Of a stretch of DNA of 64,000 nucleotides, positions 27,801 through 40,776 are shown one piece after another. The DNA is from Geosiphon pyriformis uo1 (taxonomy: Eukaryota > Fungi > Glomeromycota). The notes beneath the pieces are model-generated. The model was not told the DNA's origin. It saw only the letters and a program-made list of their open reading frames with translations, and searched no databases. How positions within the stretch are numbered: position 1 is the stretch's first letter; each line of letters opens with the position of its first letter. Location of the stretch: positions 732,305 through 796,304 of the forward strand of contig JAAOMT010000503.1 of NCBI GenBank assembly GCA_016748015.1, written 5' to 3'. A program made the translations under genes and the position numbers.

Positions 27801-30270
27801 AATTAATAACTATTAATAAAAAACAAAAATATAATTAATAGTTCTTTTCATTTCTTTTGAGTTGTTTTATATTGGCAGCTTGGCTGTAAGATTTTCAGTA
27901 AGTAAATTGCATAATCTTTAACCAGAATATTTTCCAAAATTAGTACTTCTTTTTAAACTATTCTTATTAAAATTCTTATTTAGCACTATATAAAATCCAG
28001 AACTAACTGCTTTATAATAAGTAAATTCACTTTACTAGCTTGACCAAAGCACATACTTATTAAAACATCTACATAAATCTCCAAGATCACAATTAAAAGA
28101 CCATTACTAAACAAAAAATAATTGATAAAAGACAATCTGAAATTTCAAATATTTTATATACATACTAAACAAATATATTATCTATTATTATTGTTACATC
28201 TAAATCCAAGTAACTAGAATTTAAACCAAACACAAAAACCTTCAGACCAAAAAACTTGTCTTTTATTTACAATTTGTATTGTCTTTTAAGTTTTATTTTA
28301 GTTACAAAAAAATTAAATTCCCAGATTTTTTATGTTATTTAATAATATTTTTTTGTTTTGCTAAATTGTTTATGTTCTTAATATTATATGTAGTAACTTT
28401 TTATATGAAATTAATTATTAAAATAAAGAAACTATTAGAAAATTTGAGCCAACATATAGTTGATTTAATTTTTTTAAAACCAAACCAATAAAAATCTCAA
28501 GAGTAACTATTTTTGATTTTAATTTACTTATTTTAGTGATTAAAACTTTTGAGCTGCTTAACTTTAATTCTGAACTTTTAATTATTGCAATTAAATAAAA
28601 AAAAACAATATTTATAAGGCATTCAAAACTATATTTGTATTTAAACTTAAATTCCAAAATACAATAATAGTTGACAAAAGAGAATAAAAAATAGAAACCA
28701 AAAGAATTAAATCTACATTATTTAATCTTTACACTATGCTAAACACTTGATTAGCAAAAAGTTTTAAAGATTACTTCAAAAAAGCCAAATAAACATTAAT
28801 AAAAGATATATCTTATAAAGCAGATAGAATCTTATTTAAATATAAAGTATTTAAGAGAGATAATTTCAAACTAGAATCCAAAAGAACATTATTAGAAATA
28901 GATACCAATAAGATTATTTAAGCCTATAATTTGTTATCAAAAGCAGCAAAATAAAAAATAAAACACTTTTTTTGACATATAATTTTGTAAGTTAAAAGTA
29001 ATTTTTATCTAAAATAAACTTTTTAAATATTTTTAAAAACAGAGATACAAAAATACTTAATACATCACATTTTAAAGCAAAATGTTTAAAACATCTATAT
29101 TTTTTACAATAAACCAGATTTATCCTAATCCAAAAAAGATTAATATTATTTAAAATAGACTTTATATAAAAGATTAACTCTAATCTCTTTTCTAATTTAA
29201 AACCAATTACTATATAGCAAATTTTATTGCCAGTTTTAAATAATCAATTAATAATACAAGTTTTTTTACCAGTCTTTTTTAACAAATTACCAAGATTATA
29301 AACAATTGTTTTTACAAATAGAATAAACAGAAGCACTTTAAACTAATTTCTTGACATCTAAATATCACAATTTTTTATAGTTTTTGTTACACATACTGAA
29401 TTTTTTTAATTAAGAATAACTATTTTGTTGCTAACAAATCAGCTTAATAATTATTTTTTTAAGCATATTTATGAAAATTTTCTTAATTATTACAGTTTAA
29501 TCTAACTTAATTTTTTGTTTTTTGATATTGTTGTTTATAATAATTCTTTTTTTCTAAGCCAATAATATGGTCTTATTTATACTTTTTTTTAATGTAAATA
29601 TAGATTTAATTATTTCTTCAAATTTTGAAAAAGTAATAATTTTCTTAAATTTATTGACTAATAAAAATTTTTTTTTAATGAGGTAAGTTTTTACTATTGC
29701 TAATTTGCTTTTTATGGTTGAAAAATTGATATCTAAGACAAAAAATTTCTTAATAGACACTTCTATTAGAGTTTTTATTATCTTGGAATCAATCTATTTT
29801 TTGTTTAATAAGATATTAAAAGAAGGCAAAAGGAGTTCAATTTTTTTCTTTGTATTGAATCAAAAAAACCAAAAAAAGAACTATATATTATATTAGGAAC
29901 TATTCTTTTGGTCTTAGGAATAATAGCAACTAAACCAAAAAAAGATTCACTATTAATACAAGTTATCAAATCATTATTTTTACTATTACTAAACTTATTG
30001 TTCATATTTGAATATATACTATTACCAAAACCAGTCTTAACTAAAGAGATATCTTTTTTTATTATCAGAATATTTAATATTATTGAGAATAATTCTCTTT
30101 TTTTAAGAAAAAAAGCCATTAATAAGACCATAAAAAGTCTTTTTAGATGTTTTTTTTTAGATATACTATTACCTAAAGTAGTTTTTAAGTTTATAACAAA
30201 GAAGTTATTAGTTAAAAAAAAATTAAAAAGAATAATAAAAGAAATTATGTTTTTTGAAAAATTTTAGATG
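24830..30270 (-). mobile_element. Heavily eroded LINE (ORF1 plus ORF2 up to RNase H); A3 inserted into its RNase H region
   Basis: Decayed motifs colinear with the other LINEs, e.g. VYTNKFLKNLGS for VYTDGSLKNLGS and DKQFFYLVLAIL. ORF1 start region near 30164. Confidence 0.8.
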
Positions 30271-30969
30271 TTAATTTATTTTTAATAATTGAAATTTAAA
30301 TAATATTATAAAAACTTAATAAACTGAATTTATTTCTAATTTCTTTTAATTTAGTTTAATTAGTGTTTTAACTAATTTAAATAGTTAATTACATGTAAAA
30401 AACATGTAAAACATATTAATTTATGTTATTTAATTTAATATTATATTAGATAATATTTAAATACATATTGTTAAAACATAAAAAAATAATAATTATAATT
30501 TAATTGAGATTTGCAAATATTTAAAACAATATAATTACCAAATATAATTATTATATACTTAAAAACCAAAACTTTATTAAAGTAAAAAAATCTTAATTCA
30601 TATATTTTTATATTTATATCCAAAGAAAAATTCACAAAAAATACAATAATATTATAAAAAACATTAAAAAAACCAAAATTTTTAACCAATCTATTAATAT
30701 AAATTAATAACTTAAAATTCTTTAAATTCTTTAAATTAAATACTACAAAAGCAAATTAAATATATTTTTTAAATTTTAATATTTTTTAAATATTGTTTTT
30801 TATTAATAAAATATATTATTATTATATTATTATTATTATTATTTTTTATTCTTTTAACAAGTAAGGTTCAAACACAGCCTAGTACTATACATTAAAAAAA
30901 TGATCTAAACTAGGTATGAATCATGCATTTTCTACACATAACCAGCCATTCGGACTGATTAGAACAACA

Positions 30970-33900
30970 CTATGCAGCTATGTAAACTGAGACTAAACTA
31001 CTAAGACCTGAAAAAAATGAACAAGACTTGTGAGAACCAAAACATATACCAAAAGCATCAGCCATACCAAGCAGTTTTACCACACCAGCGGGAAATCCCG
31101 AAGGCAAACTAGAAACCGAGGTGATGGCTGAACCATCAAGAGGAATCAAACCATGCTTTTCTATATAGGCATGGTGTTTAGCACGAACCAGCCAAATATT
31201 ATTTCTAAAGGCTAAACTAAGAGAGTACACAAACTTAACAATTTCCAGACCAGCCAATTTGGAATAGTGGAAGATGGATATGGTCTTCCGAAACCAACCA
31301 TCAAAAACAAAACTCTTAAAGAGAGCTATATACACAGAAGAATTAAAAGTGCAAGATGACAACAGCTGCAACACACATAAAGAAGCATGATCGGAACCAG
31401 AAAGTATTCTCCAAGAATTCACGTGGAAGTCCAACAACTGATGGCAGGCAGACTCATCAGCTTTACAAAAGAATGCATGATCTGACACCTCCACTTCACT
31501 GCAATATAAGCACAATACACTGGGATAAAGTCTATTATAAAGGCGTTTCCGAACAACAACAGGCAGGTGGTAATGCAAAGCCTTTATAAAGTAGGTGTGT
31601 GCATAAGATGAGAGCCTGCTAGTAAAACCAGTATCCATGTGCAAATCAAGATGCCACACCAATGAAAAGCGGATCCAGTCAACCTCAGAAAGCAGACAGG
31701 TCTCCAAAAACTTGCAACCAGAACCAATCTCCTAATATGTATGACAAACAGAACAAAAAATATTACGAACAAAGTGTCTAGAATTGCCAGAAACTATATT
31801 ATCATCAGCCACAATAAAATGTTCATCCATGTGTGGAGGATGACACCAACCTGAAAGAGAAGCAGTGCCAACAATCATGTCAGCACACTTATTCTCCAAA
31901 ACACCAGAGTGACCTTTCACCTTGTGCCAACTGATCTTCAAGTTCTTACTATGAATAACATTAAAGATATGTCAATGTTCAATCCAATACTGATTACAAA
32001 AGTCAGGAGCCACCAAACCCAATTCTGACTTGTAAGCATCCAAAGCAGATTGACTGTCCAAAAACAAGTGAACAGAACTAGACAAGAGAACACACTCCAG
32101 AGCCAGCACAATAGCCTGCGATTCCACCAGTATAGAAGACATCAAACTCATAACACCAACACCCAAACCCAAACCAATGTCTTCAAAGAATGCAGCAACA
32201 CCAGCACTATAGTTGGCTGTACCAAAGTTCTTCAGGGATCCATCAGTGTACACAGATAATACATTAGCATTAACTTGAGAAAGATAATTGCAAATAGACA
32301 CACAATCACTGAATTCAAGAATGTTCAAAAGACCAGTACCACACAAAGCCATGGAGCAAATTGGAGAGACAGATATACTGTTGAGAAATGCAGTAGACAA
32401 CCTGAACCAATCAGGAACAGGGCCATGAGGGTCCAACCTTTTCCATTGCTTAAAGGTGTACCAATCAAAGACAACACCATGATGATCTCAAAGTTGCTCC
32501 ACATACACAATACTATATTACCAAAGAAAAGGAAGAAATTTGATAAATCTTGACTCACTTAAAACAGTAGACATGGGCATTCCATCATGAAACCAAAAAA
32601 AACTGACCAAGGGGCCACTTAGAGATAAATTACAATCAAGAAGAATATGAATTATGCCTGTCAGAAAATTATTAAAAGCACTGAACAAGTACGAACAAAA
32701 GAGACCAACAGATAAACAGGGTGTCAACACCAAACTTGTAGATCATAAGACCAGTAAGAAAACAAACAACCCAAAATTTCATCAGAGTTTATAAAGTCAA
32801 CAAGTGAAGCAATCTTACTCTTAGACTGAATTTGCAAAAAAGATCTCAAATCATAAAAAGAAGGGTGGTGGATGGTATCACTAGAAAAGTCAAGTGGCAG
32901 ACCAGACTTGAGCTTTAAGCCTTTACAAATTAGAGCATCCTATTTGTTGTACACATTAACAGGAACAAAGCTAAACTGCATTTTGTAGCTGACAATAGAG
33001 TAAAAGACCACTGACATTAAATATAAGAACTGTTTATCTAACACAACTTTTCTCAAAACCAGATTCGTAAAAAATCTGACATCTGAATGCACCTTGGCCA
33101 AACTAGGCTTTGAAAAACTCTCAGTCAAAAGAAAAATACCCAAATACTGATGTGATTCCTCTTTTTTGGCAATAGTGATGAGAGAGCCACTTATAAAAAA
33201 GAATGGATTGCTGATTCTGCTATTGATGGGAATGGCCACTGTCTTTTTGTTATTAATAGAAATGTCATTGATCTGAAAAAAATCACTAGCAACATCAAAA
33301 ATGTGTTGAGTAGCATTCCAACTGCTACCAACCCAAATTGTATCATCAATGAAAGCACCAGCAGCAAAAAATGAGGAAAATCCAGTTCGAGATTCAGTGC
33401 GACCACTCTTAGAGATAAAATGAGAATTGATCCTGTATCCACACACACTTTTTTGGCACTTGACTTTACACAACAGAGGATTATAAAATACATACCATAG
33501 AAGAGGGGAAAAAACTTCACCTTGGTCCAAACCATCATGTACATGATAACCATCTGTTAAACCAAAATCTGTCATGACCTGGTTGGTACAACCTTTATAA
33601 ATATTACCAAAAAATCAAATGAATCTGTCACACATTTTAATCCTGACCAAACTTTTCTTAAGATGATCCCAGCCAACAGAATCATACGCCTTCCACATGT
33701 TCTGCAAAACCAGCCACAGCTCCCGGTTTTTCTCCAAAGCATCCTTAATGACCAACCCAATTGCAAAAATAACAGACTGAGTCATTGTACCCTTCAAAAC
33801 CGAAAAATTGTCTCCATAAAGAACATCAAAAGTACTGCAAGTTGAGAAAATCCTATCAGAAAAGATCTTGGAGAGAATTTTACAAGCTGTTTTAATCAAA

Positions 33901-35657
33901 GCAATAGGACAAGTATTTGTTAAAACACCTTCTCATTCATATGGTTTGGAAATTATCAAGACCCAGACTTCTTTCCAAGAATTTGGAACAGATTTATCAG
34001 ACAAGCAACAGTTTAGAAGCACCAAAAGCATGTCCAAAATAGATTTGTCACAATGCTTCCAAAGCTTATTTGAGATACCTGAAAGACCAGCAGCTTTGCC
34101 ATCAAGCAAATTAGAAACCACCTCAAAAAATTCATCAAAATCAATTGAACACATTACACCAGAAAAAGCCCCATCAAAAATGTATTCTAAGAGCCAATAT
34201 TGCCAACACCAATCATCAGACACATCAGAAACTGTCTGATGCTTCTAGATCCAACTTCCCATAATTGAATCAATCTTAGACTTAACCAAACTAGGCTCCA
34301 AAACTAGCTCATTATCAACAACCAAATGGTTAAGCACTACTTTGCGAAAAGGATGCTCCAACACACTTTTAATAGTATGGCCTTTATCTATCTCAAAGCT
34401 CTCCATCCTCTTGTTAATAGCAGATTTAATGTCCCCCTTTTTAGCTCTCAAAGATTCTGTCAGTTTCAAAGCATGATAAGATTTCCTAGCTCCAGAGAGG
34501 GCAGAGCAAATACAATCAAAAGATGCACCAAAGTCTACCAAATCCTGAACAATCAAAGCCTTAGCTCTGTCCAAAAAACACCAACACTTCACAAGAGAAA
34601 CAAAACTACCAACAACACCTCCACGAAAAGCCCTAACAATCTTCGAAACCAAAAGTTCTAATCTGTGAAACCTCGAAGACCCCTTGGTGAAGATATGGTC
34701 ATTGTTCTTAAACCATTTCTTCTTGAATATTTCATTAGCCAAAAATACCATAACTTTTCAAATAACATTCTACATTGTGTCCAAGTCTGAGAATCTTGAA
34801 GCTGTAGCAAATTTATCTTAAAATATTGCCACATTAGCCATTATGACATCCTTGAAATTATTCCACTTATCAACACCAGCATTTTTGAAATTGAACTTCC
34901 ACTGATCTTTATTTGCATGCTTGTGAAGAGAATTCAACCACTTATCCAAAAGTCTACCCAAATCTACAGACATAAAAACAGCTTAATGGTCAGTATCAAA
35001 AAATTCACCAACATCAGACACCTCGCAATCCACCACAGCATTGACCAAGTTTGAAGAAATGAACAAAAAATTGATAGTCTTAGCCACACTCTGAAAGTTA
35101 GCCCATGTGGATTCTTTGACATAAAAACTACCACTCAAAGAATTGACCAAACCAAGATCCAGACATTTTTTGAAACTTGCACACTTTCGAAAGCCATTTT
35201 TATTGAAGTCACTACCCAGAACCACAAAAGAAGATTCATTAATTGCCTTTGCTATCATAGAATTAATATCAAAAGCTTGAAAGAAACAAACAGCCAGGGA
35301 TGCCCCAGCATAAAGTCCCAAAATGGACACAGAAAGTTTATTTTTAAATAACAGCTTGACCAAAAGGAGCTGACCAGGCACCTCAGAAATCTTACTAACA
35401 TGATGAGCCAGAGAAGAATCCATAATGATCGCAACCCCAGCATCCAGAAATCCTTTATCCAATCCAGATGAAAAAACTCTGACTCCATCAAACTTATCAT
35501 TAATCCAAAGTCTGCTATCAGACCTCAGCTTTGTTTCAGTAATTATCGAAACCAAATTTCCAGAATCTCTATGCCAACAAATAATGTCATCCTGCTTGGC
35601 AGGGATATTAATACTGCAAACATTACACATCGCAAATTTCCATACAAAGTTACTCAT
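30970..35657 (-). pseudogene. LINE ORF2 (APE endonuclease, RT, RNase H, Cys/His C-terminus)
   Basis: TETKL...GSDFN...TDH (APE); GLDQGEVFSPLL and AFIDDT (RT); VYTDGS and KVKGHSG (RNase H); CLYC...DHAFFC. Confidence 0.92.
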
Positions 35658-37605
35658 TGAGAAGTAAGAGAAGTCGATGATCCCAAACCAAAGCACAGAC
35701 AATCCAATTTTTCCAAAACAGATTCAACTGACACCTCCAAAACCACCATCTTGGATTCCAATCCACCCACTTTGGTAGTCAAAACTCTAGAACTACTCAA
35801 ACTAAGGTCAGTAACCGAGTTAACAACAACCAACAGGGGGAGAAGAGAAGACACAGCTGTATCATCTATAGCCATATCTGAATCTATATTAGCAGCAACA
35901 GGAGTGGCAACAACCATAGAAGATGCACGGAGACCAGACACCAGAGGCACCAATTCCATGAAACTCAATTTTTTTAAAATATTTGAAACCTGATCTGCTA
36001 AAAGCTCCAAAAAATGTTCCAAAGAAGCCAACTGCTTAATCAAACAGGAATCGCCAAGAGAATTTGAAACTAACAGGACAGGTTTTGCACCTAGAGACAT
36101 ACCAGCACCAGAAGGATCTGATGAAACCACATAAGAAAAAAAACCTCCAGCCACTTGGGCCCAAGTTTTTCCACCAAAAGAAACTGAATGAATGATCAGA
36201 GCTTGTTTCTTTTTATATATGTTTGCCAAGCAAACCCGATCTTGAGGAGTTACCATCCGCTTACTACAAGCACCAGAATTTCCACCAACTGAGCACACAT
36301 TAGAAACATAACCAAATTGTTCACATTTGGCACAACAAGCCAGAAAAAGACCAGTCCACCACAAACTCATGCCCTTAAAAACTGGAATGGAATTAATCGC
36401 AGCCAATTTGAATGCTTTATCAGCAAAACAAACTACAGCACATCTGTTATGGACATAAGAACTAAGATTGCGACCAATAAAACAAGTCTTCTCACCATAT
36501 GAATCAAGCAAATCAGACAAATCATGAGCAGTAATGCCCACAGGTAAAGTATAAAGCAAAGCCCTATATTGATCCCTAAACATTCAAGATTGTTTATCAT
36601 TCACAGCCAATGCCACATGAACCGAATTCTTTCTCATAAGAACAGACCACTTAGAAGCAACTAAACTAGCTACTTCAGGTGATTCAAACTCCATTAATGT
36701 CTTCTGCCAAAGACCAATTAATTGTATTTTGATTGACACAATTTTACCAAATTTAGAGAAAACTGATCCTACAGCTGATTTGGGAAATTGACCAGAATCT
36801 TCTTGACAATAACTTCCTGATCTGAATGGCCACTTACTTTTCTGACATTATTGTTTACCATAATTTTTTCATTAATAGCCAACTCCTTAGCCTTTCTCAA
36901 ACTTGATTCAGATGTGAAAGATGACCTAATAATTCCTGGAAATTTTAAAGGAGTTGAAGCTCTTCTAAAACCATCTACATGATAGAAGATTCTTTTGACA
37001 GAAATTACCTTATCACTAATAGTTTTTCCAAACACTGTGGAGAGCTCAATATCAAGCACAAATGACTTAGCTGAATCAAAATTACATTTCTCTGATACAC
37101 ATAACCCTAGCAGTGGCAACTAATTAGACCTATTGAGTTTAGGAGAGGGAAGTTCCAAGACCAAATCATCATCATTCACATCATTAAATGAAGGCATTTT
37201 GGAAGATTAGTTCAACTCATATGTATGTGTATAAGTTTTTTTTGAAGTTGTTTTGTCTATGTTTTTGTTGTCTGCTAAATCACTTAATTTTGCATAACTT
37301 GTTTTCTTAGCAACTGTATTTTTCATATTTTCGACATTAGAGAGCCCACTAATACTACTTGCAATACTGCCAATGTTGCTTCTTCAGGATATCACAGATT
37401 TGATACTGACAATACTAATATCTTCAAGACTCAAAGAGCTGACAGAAAAGTTCATAACACCACCAGTCACTGGCACTTTCGGCTTCTTATAGGATGCATC
37501 ACAGAAGTAGATGATGTCCACACACTTCTTTTTTGTATTCGGACGGGTTCCCAAACCAGTCAAACCAACACCAAAACCACCAGCAGACATGTCTGCAGAT
37601 TCCAT
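35654..37605 (-). pseudogene. LINE ORF1 (RRM-like region plus decayed CCHC knuckle CAKCEQFGYVSNVC)
   Basis: ORF fragments 37384-37605, 36769-37119 and 35654-36583. Confidence 0.85.
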
Positions 37606-38669
37606 AATGACAAAAATAAGAGTATTTAAAGAAATAACTAATGAAGGAAAGGGGGAAAAGAAAATATAAAAGAAAAAAAAACACTATAACTTTGACAAAA
37701 ATTTATTGCTCCCATCATGGGCAGAAGATCGACAAGAGAAAGTTTTTATATTATTTTTTATTTATGAAATCAAAAATATAATTTTTAAAGTAAAAAAAAA
37801 TTTATTAATAAACAAATGTGTATACAAAATTAATTAATTAATTAATTAAAATTTTATTTTTAAATTGGTTTGTTTTGATTGTAAAGTATTGTATAATAAA
37901 ATTCTTATATTAATATAAACTAATCAAATTTTAATTAAAGTATAAAAAAAGAATCAATTAAATAGTTAGTGTTAATAAATTATAATTTGTTTTTTAATTA
38001 TCAAGATTAAAACAAATATTTTACTATTTTGTTAATAAATTTAAAATTTCTTTTAAAAAGTCAATAAACTTGAATATAACATATCTTGTCATAAAATGAA
38101 TTTTATAATAACACTTCAATTTAAAATTTTCGTCATGTTCTTTTTGGTACCTTTGACCAATTTTCAAAGGATCGCCACCAGAAACCATTAGTCATAGAAA
38201 GTGGATTAATAAACTAGAATTCAAATAACAGAGCAATTGCTTCCAGCTAGTAAGTGCTACACAACCAGTAAGAACGAAGAGCATTATTTATCGATAAAGG
38301 CCGGTGCGCGAAATATGGAAAAAACTCATTTTATCATGACAAGCGAAAATGGTACCTCATTTTATAGTAGAGTGTTCTTTCAAGACGATCGAATGTTTTA
38401 AACGAGAAAGCTTCGTTGAACCAGATAAATCATTTGTCAACTTTGTTATACGGGTCAAAAAGGAAAAATCCATATCTGATATCTGTTTACATGTGCCACC
38501 TTGTACCGAACTTTTTTTTGCTAACCAGCCTCATCTGTCATTTTAACAATTGAAACATCATTTTTTGACTCGACACTAAACTTTCATATTCTTTTTGGAT
38601 ATACCCTGTTTCACCATTTTAGTTATCTCTTTGCTTATTTACCCTTTTTAGTTTTATCTCTCTTCGAAA

Positions 38670-39477
38670 ATGTGGAGCAGTCAAGCTATCGGGCAATGGT
38701 ACTTTAAAAGTTCAGACTTTGATCTAACACCTTCACGAAAGGAAGGTATATCACTTGAAGACGAAAATAATCGTAGAGCCAAAGGTGTTAAATTCCTACA
38801 AGAAGTCTCGTTCGAGCTTAAGCTGTATCCTTTTTTGCTTCAAAACTTTGGTTCAACTTTTGATTGTCACTTTGAACATGGAGGAACGCCTTAGTAGCAA
38901 TTATTCATCTTTTACTCCGATATAGTCCGCAAATAACCATCGCAACAGCCGCTACCTTCTTACACCGGTTTTACATGCGTAGGAGCCTCAAAAAATTCCA
39001 TCAATATGTTAGTAGCAATACTTTTATACTTCTTGGTATTCCTTTACATCTTTAAACCACCCCGTCTATGAAATCTTTCACTTATCCAACGAGCTAATTT
39101 TTTCAAACTTCCTAAACTTATTTTGGTTTCTTCAGGACGTTGCTGGGACTTGTGTATTTGAAGCGTGCAAAACGGAAGAGACGGGAAGAAAGATGGATGA
39201 TGTCGCCCGTGTCTGTGCGAAAAAAGCACAGAAAAATCCTCTTCTGGATGACGAAGCGGTAAATGTTTCCAGATTGATAAAGATGAAGATTATTCAATTA
39301 ATTTCTCATTTCCCACGAATTTCTTCTCAAAAAATAGGAATTTGCAAAGTGGAGGCACACAATTAATAAACATGAAATTATAGTTTTGGAAGCGCTTATG
39401 TTCGATCTCCACATAGAGCATCCCTATCGAACTTTATTAGAATATGCTAAAGAGCTCAAGAGTATTTAAAGCTTCAA

Positions 39478-39519
<42 letters not shown>

Positions 39520-40776
39520 TATTTTTTATTACTATTTTTATTATGATTTGTTAATAAATAAATAATTTTCTTAAATTTTGATTTACAACTAGACGATAGG
39601 GCCATCGAAAATGAAGGAGCCAAAAAGTTGGCACAATCAGCCTGGGCTATCGTAAATGATAGGTAAGAAATAGTTTCTGCTTTTAATTGATTTTTAATTA
39701 TTAAATTGTAATCTTCAATCAAAAATTTATTTTTCTATGATCATTGCAAAAAGTCTACGCATTACGGTATGTTTGCGTCACCGACCAAATGTAGTTGCAA
39801 GTGCTGCAATATATATGGCGGCTAAATTGTACAATATCCGGCTCAACGATGATACTTCTGTTGGAACAATTTGGTGGGAAATTGTGAATGCCGACATAAA
39901 AGAAATCGCAGGTAAATTGTACATGCTATTCAACCTTTTGAATTAAAATGGATTTCCAAGTTATTAATTAATTTTCTTATTTCAAAATATCTAGATGCGG
40001 TCAATATAATGTTAGATAATTATATAACACGTCCAAAGCTTATAAAAGAAGGACGGGTATGAAGAATATTTATCTTCGCTCAATCAACTGGATTACTTTC
40101 CCAATTATCTAGTTTCACCTCTCGGTTTGGGATTTGAGATTTATCACTGTTGCCATTTCTTTCCCCATAATAGAGTGGTGAAAACGGCGGTAGGTGCAAG
40201 AGCAACCCCCTTCATTTCGAATGCACAAAGATTGTTACTACACGTTCCTTGCCTGCTTACCCACAAGACATCACGCAACCACCAATAAATCATCTACCAA
40301 AAATAGCACAAAATATATTATCAATCCCTGCAGCACAAAGCCATCAGGGAATTGCATCGTCGCAAGATAAAAATTCTCAAGATAATCACCTACCACTCCT
40401 AGAACAAAAAACCCAATCATCTGACATTCCTCTTGATCAATTTCCAAGGTCGCCCAGAGGGTCGGAACACTCCAAGAACCCAGAATCCGAAGAACATGTA
40501 GGTCCAACCAATGCGAGTGAAACAACTTATGCAAACTCGATGAATTCAGATTCAATCAATGAAGACGAAGATATGGAAGAAGGTGAAATAACGGAAGAGG
40601 GGGAGGGATCGCAACTTGATTCAAATAACAGTGGAGAAAATGGTGTCAATGGGGAGAACCGAGCTTTGGACGAGAAAGTATGGGATGCCGAAGGGATCGG
40701 TGGTCAAAAGAGAAATTTCGACGAAGCTATCGGCCAAGAAAGTGACGAGGATCGACCAAGAAAAAGATTTTTATGA
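38670..40776 (+). CDS. Cyclin T/K-family transcriptional cyclin. Predicted exons: 38670-38824, 38926-39007, 39136-39258, 39338-39461, 39593-39662, 39754-39911, 39995-40056, 40174-40776
   Basis: GT-AG splicing gives one open frame with cyclin-box motifs (QWYF, LKLPQITIATAATFLHRFYMRRS, ACKTEE, LEALMFDLHIEHPY, AWAIVNDSLRITVCL), an acidic disordered tail and a C-terminal basic NLS-like end. Confidence 0.9.
39478..39520 (+). repeat. (ATT)n microsatellite in cyclin intron 4
   Basis: Directly visible. Confidence 0.9.

Larger units (their letters stand above)
30850..37745 (-). mobile_element. Full-length degenerate LINE with RNase H
   Basis: ORF1 with zinc knuckle; ORF2 with APE, RT, RNase H and C-terminal Cys/His motif. 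3' UTR homologous to 41690-41805, followed by a (TAA)n-like tail. Boundaries approximate. Confidence 0.92.

Noticed and set aside
31356-36502. Many plus-strand ORFs over the LINE, and antisense ORFs over the Gypsy elements
   Set aside because: They are shadow frames of TE coding sequence, with no motifs and no conservation between copies.
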